From positions 1 through 34,811 of the forward strand of contig CAYLZE010000049.1 of the NCBI GenBank assembly GCA_964388035.1: a DNA stretch of 34,811 nucleotides. Reading direction: 5' to 3'. The DNA comes from an uncultured archaeon (GTDB taxonomy: Archaea > Asgardarchaeota > Lokiarchaeia > Sigyniarchaeales > SOKP01). The stretch's first letter is position 1; every line of letters begins with the position of its first letter. A model generated the notes under the pieces. That model was not told where the DNA came from and did no database searches. It saw only the letters and a program-made list of their open reading frames with translations. The translations under genes were made by a program, and so were the position numbers. Positions 9,689 through 19,310 of this stretch are shown piece after piece.

Positions 9689-11137
9689 ATGAATACAATA
9701 TTAATTTATCCAAAACTTGATTTCTCAGGGGCCCAACTTGCCACGCCTCCTTATTCCATTCTTTTTATCGCAGATTACCTCCTAAAAAAGAGCATTAACG
9801 TTAAGATTTGCGATTTAAGATTTGACTCCATTAATCTATTAGAGGAAATGATTTCAAATCTAGAACCAGAGTATATCGGTATTTCTGTAATGACCGGCCC
9901 CCAGATATATCATGCTTTAAGAGTAAGTAAGTTCATAAAAGAAAATTTTGATAAAATTAAAATTGTTTGGGGTGGGATTCATTCTACTATTCTTCCAACT
10001 CAAACCCTTCAAAATAAATTTATTGACTTTATTGTTAGAGGTGAGGGTGAGAAAGCTTATTATGAGTTAGTTAGTGGTAAAAATAAAGCAGATGTTCACG
10101 GGCTTTCATTTAAGGTGAATAAGAGGATTGTGCATACCCCCGAACGTGAAGTATTGACAACTTCAGAATTAAATCAATTAAAAATACCTTGGAACCTGAT
10201 AAATCCAAAGAATTATATAAAAAATGGAAATATCAACATGATAACAAGTCGCGGCTGTCCATATAAATGTGCTTTTTGCATCAATTCTTTTTCCACTATG
10301 GGTTGGAGGGGATGGACAGCCGAGAAATGCATGAAAGAAATCGATATAGCTATGAGTTATGGTGTTAAGAGAATTATTTTTTTTGATGATAACTTTTTCG
10401 CCAATTTTAAGCGAATTCCAGCTCTTTTTTCTTACTTTAAAGAGCAAAACATAACATGGAAAGCAGAATTACGCGTAGATCGCTTAAATTATTCATTAGC
10501 TAAACAAGCAAGGGAACATGGTTGTGAGCAGATGTTTTTTGGAGCAGAATCTGGGTCACAAAAGGTTTTAAATATATTAAATAAAAAAATAACTATTAAA
10601 GATATAATTAATAGTGCTCGAATTACCGGGGATGAAGGCATCTTTGCTGATTATAGCTGGATGATAGGAATACCCGGAGAAACTAAAGAGGATATACGAA
10701 AAACTCTTACCTTAATTAAAAATATCAAACAAATCAACCTTAATTCTGAATTCTCAATAAAAATACTGTTTCCATATCCTAAAACAATGATCTATATGAA
10801 AGCCCTTAATGAAGGATTCACGCCTCCCTCTAATTTAATTAGTTGGTCAAAAATTCGCAGAGAACGGGCATCCCGTTATTTAAAGCATAAAAATTATCTT
10901 GAGATGATTTCAATCACTAGTGCTATGGTCGGGAAAAAAATTTTTGAACAAGAATTTCCCATCTTTAAATTAATAAAATTGCCCGCTTCATTTCGATGGA
11001 AACATGAAATTTTTAATGTTGGAATTGAAAATTTATTCTATAAAATGTTTAGGGGTATTATTGAAAAAGTAATTAGCAAGGATAATTCATTTGAATATGA
11101 TCCTTTTGCACATAAAATTATTGCTATTAAGGTCTGA
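9689..11137 (+). CDS. B12-binding domain (class B) radical SAM enzyme
   Basis: WGGIHST, VRGEGE, SRGCPYKCAFC, FDDNF, FGAESG, MIGIPGE. Confidence 0.93.
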   Translation: MNTILIYPKLDFSGAQLATPPYSILFIADYLLKKSINVKICDLRFDSINLLEEMISNLEPEYIGISVMTGPQIYHALRVSKFIKENFDKIKIVWGGIHSTILPTQTLQNKFIDFIVRGEGEKAYYELVSGKNKADVHGLSFKVNKRIVHTPEREVLTTSELNQLKIPWNLINPKNYIKNGNINMITSRGCPYKCAFCINSFSTMGWRGWTAEKCMKEIDIAMSYGVKRIIFFDDNFFANFKRIPALFSYFKEQNITWKAELRVDRLNYSLAKQAREHGCEQMFFGAESGSQKVLNILNKKITIKDIINSARITGDEGIFADYSWMIGIPGETKEDIRKTLTLIKNIKQINLNSEFSIKILFPYPKTMIYMKALNEGFTPPSNLISWSKIRRERASRYLKHKNYLEMISITSAMVGKKIFEQEFPIFKLIKLPASFRWKHEIFNVGIENLFYKMFRGIIEKVISKDNSFEYDPFAHKIIAIKV

Positions 11138-11211
11138 TGAGGAGAGCCTAATATATTCTTTCTAATTTTATAATAGAATCAAGTATAAAAAAATAATTAA
11201 ATTTAGGATAA

Positions 11212-11697
11212 TTACATTCTAGAATCGCTCGTTTCCACATCCGTTCCCTTATTTCGGTTGAAAATCTCGGTCATTATCATGGCAAAATTTTGTTGTCTTT
11301 GCTTAAAATTATCTTTAGGTTCATCACTATTTCGATTTAAAGTAAGTTTCCATTGTCCTAGTTTATAATTCCCCTTCTTATCTATAATCAAAAGACCATT
11401 TTTTCTTTTTTTGAATTGAACCATAATTTGACCATTTCCTTTAGGGATTATGTTATAAACATCATACCAGCGCACCCATTTACTTTTACCGGCAGACATC
11501 AATGCAGTTGAATAACCCATTTTTATTCTCCAACTGAAACCATTATCACTAGCTACTAAAAAACCATTTTCTTTATCAAGTTTACATTTGGAGGTTATAA
11601 TTGGGTCACCAACGGGGTCTGTTTCTAAAATCTTTTCAAACATCTTTTCTCTGCCGGGAGAAACTTCCCAACCTTGAATAAAAGGCATATTTTTCAC
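11212..11697 (-). CDS. Hypothetical soluble protein (possibly PH-like fold)
   Basis: 161-aa non-overlapping ORF with GTG start. Beta-strand-like alternating pattern followed by a C-terminal helix. No family recognised with certainty. Confidence 0.7.
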   Translation of the reverse strand: MKNMPFIQGWEVSPGREKMFEKILETDPVGDPIITSKCKLDKENGFLVASDNGFSWRIKMGYSTALMSAGKSKWVRWYDVYNIIPKGNGQIMVQFKKRKNGLLIIDKKGNYKLGQWKLTLNRNSDEPKDNFKQRQQNFAMIMTEIFNRNKGTDVETSDSRM

Positions 11698-12067
11698 CTT
11701 GTTTTATCGTCTTTTTTAATTTATTTTTGAGTGTCTTTAAAATTGACGAATAAAATATGATCATCATTATTTTTAAAATTATTTATTTTCCTATTTTTAT
11801 TTGTTAATAGAATACAACTTGTTAATTTCAAATTATCATCATCAATTTCCAGAATCTTTAATAATGTAATACTCAAGTGGAAATTAGATATTGCTGTATA
11901 AAGTAAAAGCTTTAATCTTTTGGGTAAGTTATTTTATTTATTCTATAGCAAATATTTAATTTGAAATTTTGATAATTAAAGTATCTTAAAACAGAGATAG
12001 TAATCTTTATAAGGTTATTTTTTACATTATTATTATACCAATAATTGAAAATAGTAAGATAAAAATC

Positions 12068-12550
12068 ATGCGTTGTCAGTGTGGAGAAGAATTTTTAAGT
12101 CCTAATCAAAAATATTGTTATCGATGTGGAAGAAAAAATCCATATTTAATGTTATCAAGAATGGCAGGTTATCAACCAAGTTCTGCTCAGTATGCAGGAC
12201 CTCCGGGACCTTACTCCATAATTTGTTTATTTTTAGCACTATTCTCCCTATTTATGGTAATAATATCTATTGGTATTGGTACTGGATTTAGCGGAAATAT
12301 AATATTCTACAATTCCAATAGCCAAAAAATTTTTCTTTTGGGAGTAGAGGTGCTCATGCTGAACTTTATAGGTTTATCTGCGGCAATTACTTCAAGAATA
12401 AGTAGCGATAAAGCAGGCAAGTTTGAACCAATAAATAACATTGAGAAAGTCGGAGGTGTCTTCTCGATCTTTGGAATTGTAATTAATTCATTCGCAATGA
12501 TTGGAGCCATTTATTCTGTCATGCAGGGCACAGCAAATATTTTTTTTTAG
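12068..12550 (+). CDS. Zinc-ribbon membrane protein, paralog 1
   Basis: CQCG...CYRCG, a polar linker, 3 TM helices and the motif KAGKFEPINN. Confidence 0.85.
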   Translation: MRCQCGEEFLSPNQKYCYRCGRKNPYLMLSRMAGYQPSSAQYAGPPGPYSIICLFLALFSLFMVIISIGIGTGFSGNIIFYNSNSQKIFLLGVEVLMLNFIGLSAAITSRISSDKAGKFEPINNIEKVGGVFSIFGIVINSFAMIGAIYSVMQGTANIFF

Positions 12551-12831
12551 TATTAATAATACTTCTCAAAATTGATTAAATCATAATGTAAAATACACGT
12601 TAGATTGGTCTCGCCAACCTTTTGATAATGAGTAGATGAGAGAATATCAGTTATTGGCATCCTTTAAAAGATCTTTAAACAAACAAAATATTGGAAAAAA
12701 AAATACTGAAATTAGGAATAATGATTAATGAATAGTAGGATATATCGAGTATATCCGTGTTTTAAGGGTTAAGAAATTGCATAAAAGAATATTTAAAATA
12801 ATAAAAATTAAATTTTGAAGTGATTATAATA

Positions 12832-13389
12832 GTGTATTGCCTGAATTGTGGCGAGAAATTAAAAAATGGTATAAATTTCTGTCCTAAATGTGGTAATCAA
12901 GTTCCATCTTCAGAGTCATTTTCCCAAGATACATTCAGAGAAACCTCATCAACAATAACTCAGTCAAATTCAACATATGATAACTATGCTGTTAAAACTA
13001 ATGAACCCTTGCAAATTAAAGAAGAAACGAGATCGAAATCAATAAAGTGTCTAGCCTTCTCTTTACTATCCTTTTTAATGGCAATAATTGCATTTATTCT
13101 CGGGGGATCATTTTTTTTTCTTTATTCTCGATACTTTTATGATTTTCTATTTTTGATACCGTTGGCAATAAGTGTGACAATTATGAATATTATGGGATTA
13201 ATTTTTGGAAAGATAGCTAGAATACTTAACAGAAAGGCTATAACGGCTGAGTTAGATAATAGCATTAGGAAAACGGGAAAGAGTTTTGCTATATTTGGGG
13301 TTATTCTGAATTCAATATCAATTGTAGTTCCACTGGTTTTTCTGGTTATTATCATCCCGACCATGTTAATTCTCCCAAGAATAATGTAA
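12832..13389 (+). CDS. Zinc-ribbon membrane protein, paralog 2
   Basis: CLNCG...FCPKCG, 3 TM helices, KAITAELDN. Start moved from 12820 to the GTG at 12832 by analogy with paralog 3 (GTG TAT TGC, with GAAGTGA upstream). Confidence 0.85.
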   Translation: MYCLNCGEKLKNGINFCPKCGNQVPSSESFSQDTFRETSSTITQSNSTYDNYAVKTNEPLQIKEETRSKSIKCLAFSLLSFLMAIIAFILGGSFFFLYSRYFYDFLFLIPLAISVTIMNIMGLIFGKIARILNRKAITAELDNSIRKTGKSFAIFGVILNSISIVVPLVFLVIIIPTMLILPRIM

Positions 13390-13704
13390 TTATTAGGATT
13401 AATAAATGCTCGCAATGATCAGAGCAATTTATTCAGTTCTTTAAGGTATAATAGTTGAATTTTATTTAGTAATAATGTTGTCTCTAAAAATTTTTTTTTT
13501 AGGTTAAAGAGTTTGCTGGATTGTGCAATTCATCCCATTGAGCAAGGTAATAGTAATTTAAATTCTTATAAAAATCTAGATATTGACAACAATTAATAAA
13601 TCATGTGAAATATCGAAATTTTCAATAATTTTAGAAGCAAATAAATAAATATGGGGATATATATATATTTCATAATAAACTAATACTTAAAAGGGAGTGA
13701 AATC

Positions 13705-14265
13705 GTGTATTGCCCATCTTGTGGGGAGAAATTAAAAAGTGGTGTAAAATTCTGCCCTAAATGTGGAACTCCAATTCCATCTTCGGAAGAACCTACCTTA
13801 GACTCACCAACAGAAAATCAACAAAAAACGCCACAAGCAACTCTGGAATCCCCATCAATATATGATAAGTATGCGGTAAAGACCCAAGAAGCCATGCAAA
13901 CTGGTGGAGGAACGAGTTCTAATTCAAATAAAAGTCTGATGTTTTCTGTAATTTCCCTTATCTTAGCAATAATTGCATTTATTGTGGGAGGAGTTGGTCC
14001 TATTGGCATTTCTTCTTATTCTTATTATTATTATGTAGCTTTGATTATAGTGGGGATTACAGTGACTATTTTAAATGTTTTAGGATTAATTTTTGGGATC
14101 GTAGCGAAATCTTTTAGCGGAAAAGCTGAACGGACAGAACCAAATAATAGTATAAGGAAAGTGGGAAGCATTTTTGCTATATTTGGGATTATAATTAATG
14201 TAATTGCATTAATAGTCGCATTGATTTTTCTGATTATTATTATACCATTTTTGATATTTTATTAA
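13705..14265 (+). CDS. Zinc-ribbon membrane protein, paralog 3
   Basis: CPSCG...FCPKCG, 3 TM helices, KAERTEPNN. GGGAGTGA ribosome site before the GTG. Confidence 0.88.
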   Translation: MYCPSCGEKLKSGVKFCPKCGTPIPSSEEPTLDSPTENQQKTPQATLESPSIYDKYAVKTQEAMQTGGGTSSNSNKSLMFSVISLILAIIAFIVGGVGPIGISSYSYYYYVALIIVGITVTILNVLGLIFGIVAKSFSGKAERTEPNNSIRKVGSIFAIFGIIINVIALIVALIFLIIIIPFLIFY

Positions 14266-14294
14266 GAGTTAACAAAATTAATCCTATTTTGATC

Positions 14295-14312
14295 TTTTTT
14301 TTCTTTTTTATA
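14295..14312 (+). terminator. Oligo-T terminator candidate
   Basis: T8-C-T6-ATA, 30 nt after the 14265 stop. Confidence 0.45.
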
Positions 14313-14536
14313 AAGTGCAAAAAAGTTAGATTTATGCAATAGGTTAAAATGCCGTGCCAATTTATATCTATTTTAAATCTCTAAATCGATGTTTTAATAT
14401 TCAAAAAAGAAATTCCATTCCAAGAAAAAATTATTTGTCAATTTAAACTAGATTTTTAAAATATAAGAAAATTTAAATATCTAATAATAAATATATTAAA
14501 TTATAAAAGTAATTCTAAGACATTAACCAAAAAAAC

Positions 14537-15082
14537 ATGTTCTGCCCTAATTGTGGGTTCATAATAGAAAGCCCAGAGAATAAGTTCTGTTCAAATTGTG
14601 GATATCAAATCTCCATTTCAGACGGTAAACAAGAAAATTTCTTAACCGCTCGAACAGTTATTGGAGATGAGACGGATCTTTCATCTAAAGATGATGATAT
14701 TGAAAAAAATCATCAAATATCAAAACCTTTTAAAGAATTGGGTTCACTTTCAAAAAGAAGCTTAATATTTTCATTAATATCAATAATCTTGTATTTTATT
14801 GCTCATCTTATTGGATTGAATTCAATTACGAAAAATATTAGCTGTTTCAATTGTGCTTCTTATTTAAACAGGTTATTTATCGCATTGATATTAATCATAT
14901 TTATCCTCATTGGGGGAATAACATCTGGAATTATCTCAAGCGTGACCTTTAAAAAAGCAAGGTTATTTGAACCAGAAAATTGGATTCAAAGCATTAGTAA
15001 TATAATTGCAATTTTTGCATTAATTTTAAGTTCTTTATTTTTGACCTTTATCATAATCTTCTTTTCATCTCTTTTCCTTTAG
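14537..15082 (+). CDS. Zinc-ribbon membrane protein, paralog 4
   Basis: CPNCG...FCSNCG, 3 TM helices, KARLFEPEN. Confidence 0.85.
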   Translation: MFCPNCGFIIESPENKFCSNCGYQISISDGKQENFLTARTVIGDETDLSSKDDDIEKNHQISKPFKELGSLSKRSLIFSLISIILYFIAHLIGLNSITKNISCFNCASYLNRLFIALILIIFILIGGITSGIISSVTFKKARLFEPENWIQSISNIIAIFALILSSLFLTFIIIFFSSLFL

Positions 15083-15201
15083 CATTATCTATTTGATATC
15101 TAGTCCACCATCTTAAAAGGGAAAAAAGTTAGAACTTTAATAATTAAGATGAATTAAACAAAATATTATATAAAAGATAATTATTCCAAAATGAGAGAAA
15201 A

Positions 15202-15672
15202 ATGTTTTGTCCAAATTGCGGTTCTAGAATAGATAATATATATCAAAATTTCTGCCATATATGTGGTCAAGAAATTCCTACTTCAAAATTCCCTCAAATA
15301 CAAGGTGACCACTCTCGACTGGTCATCAATAGTGATTCAAGGGCAGTGAATAGAACTGGAGATATAATTCAAATAAGGGTATATCAAAAAGGTAAGGCGG
15401 GTTTTTATTCGATAACATGTATAATATTAGCATTTGCTTCCTTTGCGCTCTTCCAAATTGCTGTTGAAATCCTTTGGGGAATTGAAAATGTTATCTATTT
15501 TAATATTATAGGATTAATTTTAGCTATTATTTCGATATTAAGTTGGAAAAAAGCAAGGGAATTAGAATCAAAAAATACAGCTAAGAGAGCGGGTGGTATT
15601 CTCTCAATCATCACTACCATTTTCAATTCAGTAGCATTAACAGTATTAATTATATTAGCGGTAAATGGATAA
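15202..15672 (+). CDS. Zinc-ribbon membrane protein, paralog 5
   Basis: CPNCG...FCHICG, 3 TM helices, KARELESKN. Confidence 0.85.
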   Translation: MFCPNCGSRIDNIYQNFCHICGQEIPTSKFPQIQGDHSRLVINSDSRAVNRTGDIIQIRVYQKGKAGFYSITCIILAFASFALFQIAVEILWGIENVIYFNIIGLILAIISILSWKKARELESKNTAKRAGGILSIITTIFNSVALTVLIILAVNG

Positions 15673-15826
15673 TATGTATCCTATTTTGGTTTTAGTTCAT
15701 TTTAAAAGAAAGAAAAAAACTCATAAATAATTCAAAAACTTAATACATTAAACCTTTTAAGCTTTCAAATTTATAATCAAATCCAATGGAAGTTTTTTTG
15801 ATAATAATTATAATAGTGATAATAAT

Positions 15827-16675
15827 TTGAGTAGTGCTGAAATAAGGGGGAAATTACCATTAATTCTTGGTTTATTTATTGCGATTATATTAGTTACTGC
15901 AGAAGTGGATTGGGTCGCAGAACATTCAGAAGTCGGTTTATTCCTTAGATTTACATGGCTAATTATTCTCTTAAGTGTAGGAATAATATTTCCTCTAATA
16001 TTCATATATCTTGCTGGAAATAATATACGAGTGAGAAAAGAATCTGATAAAAAATGGTTTATACTATCTCTCGTGTTATACGGAATTGCTAACGGTATTC
16101 CCCCCTTTTTTTACATTTATCTTAAGATATCTCCTGGTTTTTTCTTATTTCTTCAATTAGGCTTATTTGGCTTAGTACCTGCATTTATTTATCAACCGAT
16201 CAATCCAAAGAACCGGTTTTTAATCTTAATAATTTTGAGCATTGTAGTATTAATCCCGTTAACAATTCTATTAAATATAATAATAGATTCTCTGTGGATA
16301 AATCCTTTAATGGACAAAACCATCTATTACTTGGTATTTTGGGGATTCTTTTCCGTCTTTATTTATTTTTTTATGGGTATCGGTTGGAAATTTGGGGGAG
16401 GAAAAAGAAGAGAAAGTTGGAATATTTTCATGTCGGGCATGTTAATACAATTTAGTACCTTAGAAGATTTTTTATATTTTATATTAAATGGGGAATCTCT
16501 TCCAGGAAATTGGCCATGGATGAGCAATTTTGTCATTAACTTAGAATCTTTATTTGGTCACGTACCAACTGATTTAGATCTTTTGATTTTCTGTGTAATA
16601 ATGATTTTAATTGCACTATTTATACTATTAGACGGATACGGTTATATTTGGATTAAAATAAAGCAAAAAAAGTAA
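15827..16675 (+). CDS. Hypothetical polytopic membrane protein
   Basis: 282 aa, about 8 hydrophobic segments, and a polar intramembrane-looking motif LEDFLYF...PGNWPW. TTG start uncertain. Confidence 0.75.
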   Translation: MSSAEIRGKLPLILGLFIAIILVTAEVDWVAEHSEVGLFLRFTWLIILLSVGIIFPLIFIYLAGNNIRVRKESDKKWFILSLVLYGIANGIPPFFYIYLKISPGFFLFLQLGLFGLVPAFIYQPINPKNRFLILIILSIVVLIPLTILLNIIIDSLWINPLMDKTIYYLVFWGFFSVFIYFFMGIGWKFGGGKRRESWNIFMSGMLIQFSTLEDFLYFILNGESLPGNWPWMSNFVINLESLFGHVPTDLDLLIFCVIMILIALFILLDGYGYIWIKIKQKK

Positions 16676-16717
16676 ATTCTAAAAAGATTAGGATTTCACA
16701 AGATCCCCTTTAAGGAT

Positions 16718-17956
16718 TTAAATCCAAGAGATTATTGAGGAACATCCCATTCCATTACTTTTATCACATCTCCCAAGGATCTTAAAAGCTGATCCCTCAT
16801 ATCCACATTCTGGACATTTGGTTCGTGATATTAATTCCACTTTATCATCTACCGAAACCGCGTGTTTTACAGATGCGCTACTTCCGAAAGGGGTTAAAAC
16901 TTCTAATATCCCTTGGTCTCCTTCTTTTTTCAAGGGTTCTAAACTTTCAAGATCTCTGATTATAATTCTAGAATATGGGGGAGAATGGAATATGAAATCT
17001 TCATGCTTATCAGACCAGTGAGCACCAAACACAATAGGGCATTCTGTAAAGCCGTATATATCAATGACTCTTTTTCTATCCGTTCCAAATAATTCAGCAA
17101 CGTTTGAGACAAAATCCAGCTTATTAATAGGATCATATTTAATTTGAGCTTTATGTCCATCCCATCCACCACCACCGATTACTACATCAAAATCTTTACC
17201 CAAATTATAAGAGATCTTATTTTCTCTCATGTATTCTAAGCATTTATTAATTAAGTGATTACTTCCTCCGATTGCTATGTATTTCTGTTCTTCTAGAGAT
17301 TTTTCTAAATTTTTTTGGATGGTTTTTAAAAGATAATTTTGTTTAATATAAAATCCCGCTACAATACTCCGAGTTTTAATTATTGCGTTCAATGCTCTTA
17401 CAACAGAAAAACCAAAAAGGAATTTAACTTTACACATCTCGGCATTAACACGATAATAATTACCGCTATATGCCCGCACGGGTCTTAACTTGGTATATCT
17501 TAAGCAAAATCTATCTAATAATTTTGCACTGGGAGAAAAAAGATAAACCGTTGTTCTATTCCAATCTCTTGGAATAAAGTCCATGTAGCATTTTCTTGCC
17601 ATTTCATCAAGAAAATTCATGTCATTTTCATTAACTCCGACAAGGGAGGGAATTCCAGTCGTCGAAGAGGAACAATTCCAGAATAAAACTTCTTCTTCTG
17701 GAATTTTCAAAAGCTTTTTATATAAATTTTGGCTTTCCTTATAAAATTTAGTTGGGATAAATGGGATTGACTCTAAATCATCAATAGTGTTTAAATCGTC
17801 AATTTTAAATTCAGCGGTTTCAACCAATTTTCTATAAAACTTATTCTTTTCCATGTTCTCAGAGATAATCTCTCTCATTAATCTGATGAATTCCACATCG
17901 GCATAATCTTTTTGTAATGTAACTTGAATGGAAGGTCTATTTTTGCTGATAGTCAT
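16718..17956 (-). CDS. LuxE-like acyl-protein synthetase (LuxE/PaaK adenylate-forming family), copy 1
   Basis: IPFIPTKFYK, SSSTTG (P-loop), GGGGWDG, DIYGFTE, P..RIIIRD, DD, FKILGR and a terminal GCS matching the acylated Cys region of LuxE. Confidence 0.85.
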   Translation of the reverse strand: MTISKNRPSIQVTLQKDYADVEFIRLMREIISENMEKNKFYRKLVETAEFKIDDLNTIDDLESIPFIPTKFYKESQNLYKKLLKIPEEEVLFWNCSSSTTGIPSLVGVNENDMNFLDEMARKCYMDFIPRDWNRTTVYLFSPSAKLLDRFCLRYTKLRPVRAYSGNYYRVNAEMCKVKFLFGFSVVRALNAIIKTRSIVAGFYIKQNYLLKTIQKNLEKSLEEQKYIAIGGSNHLINKCLEYMRENKISYNLGKDFDVVIGGGGWDGHKAQIKYDPINKLDFVSNVAELFGTDRKRVIDIYGFTECPIVFGAHWSDKHEDFIFHSPPYSRIIIRDLESLEPLKKEGDQGILEVLTPFGSSASVKHAVSVDDKVELISRTKCPECGYEGSAFKILGRCDKSNGMGCSSIISWI

Positions 17957-18299
17957 TTTTTTTTTGGATCATTTAATTTTTTTTATTATAAATATAGTGG
18001 ATAACATGTTTAAAAAATATGCTTTCTTAAGATAAAAAAGGGTTTTTAAATTGAGTGTTAAAACTGTTAAAAAGGGGTTCTATATGAAAATTCATTCATA
18101 GACATGAATTTTTCTAATCAAAATTCAAGTAATTTAAGTCTCTCTATTGTTAAATTCTGTAATTAAATTAAAAAATGCTCTACTCCATAAATCTATTAAA
18201 GTCTTTTCTTATAAAAGTCAATTCTTATTTCTATTCCAATATAATTTTACATGTAATTGATTAGTGGAAAAATAATACCTTCGGTATCTTATTAAAAAT

Positions 18300-19088
18300 A
18301 TGAATGTGAAAATAAAAAATTGGAGTGCTTACATTTTTCAAATAGGTTTATTTTCTATTTTCACCATAATTTTAATTTTTATTGAGTTTCGCTGGGTAAT
18401 GGAAATATATTTTCATCCATATCTTCCTGAATGGAATCTACCCATAAGAATCGCCATTCCCCCCGTTCAAGAAATCCTTTTATCAATAGGATATATCGCC
18501 TTTTTCATTTTTAATTTCGGCATAGCAAGCTTTTCCATGTATGTTTTTATTTTTATCCTTCACGTATTAGATTCAAATTTTGCAAGAACAGTGCCAATAT
18601 GTGCTTTTGCAATCGATTGCTCCTTAGTAAATTTATTTTTATTTCATTTCATTTTTAATAAAAAAATATATTTCGATTATTTCATGATATATTTTCACCT
18701 CCACCTTTTATATCAAATTCCAGCTTTAATTTCTCAACTCACGGGGATAATTATATTTATTAATTTCTTTACACTCTTGATAAACTTAAGGTTTGGGATG
18801 CAAGGAATAAAAAATAGACGACTGCTTGGCTCAAATCTCTTAACTGATTTAATTCATAGTCTATTAATAGTTAATGGCTTTATAGCACTTATTTTTTTCT
18901 TTTACTACCTAACGGTCTTAAGCATTAACATAGTTGGTTTTATTTTAGGTTTGACCGCTGCAATCATTTTGGTTGTTATTATTAACAATTTTCTGAAAAG
19001 GAATAAATTCTATTATCCAATTCAAGCTATTGCTGATTTTAGAAAAGAGAAACTTGCACATCACCCTCAAGAGGGAGATTCCGATTAA
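18300..19088 (+). CDS. Hypothetical polytopic membrane protein
   Basis: 262-aa non-overlapping ORF with about 6-7 hydrophobic segments. Confidence 0.7.
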   Translation: MNVKIKNWSAYIFQIGLFSIFTIILIFIEFRWVMEIYFHPYLPEWNLPIRIAIPPVQEILLSIGYIAFFIFNFGIASFSMYVFIFILHVLDSNFARTVPICAFAIDCSLVNLFLFHFIFNKKIYFDYFMIYFHLHLLYQIPALISQLTGIIIFINFFTLLINLRFGMQGIKNRRLLGSNLLTDLIHSLLIVNGFIALIFFFYYLTVLSINIVGFILGLTAAIILVVIINNFLKRNKFYYPIQAIADFRKEKLAHHPQEGDSD

Positions 19089-19310
19089 TTTACTGATTTT
19101 GGAAGATTAGAAATTTTTCTCATAAATGTATCGAATTGTAAAATCAAATATTTATTTATCAATGGGGGCGTTAGAAGAAAATGGAAAATTTAGAATAAAA
19201 TTCCTTGAATCCATTGAATTTCTAAATTTCTATATTTTTAGAAAATATCTTTTTATTTATAAATCAAGAATTTATTAATTCTTAAAAATGATAAATAGAA
19301 ATAATAAAAT

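Noticed and set aside
12068-15672. Zinc-ribbon array as DGR targets or RiPP precursors
   Set aside because: No reverse transcriptase and no near-identical template repeat. The proteins are TM-anchored, and the rSAMs show no SPASM or RRE domain.
19219-19244. TTTCTAAA...TTTAGAAA inverted repeat between convergent genes
   Set aside because: Almost entirely A/T, and expected by chance at this composition.
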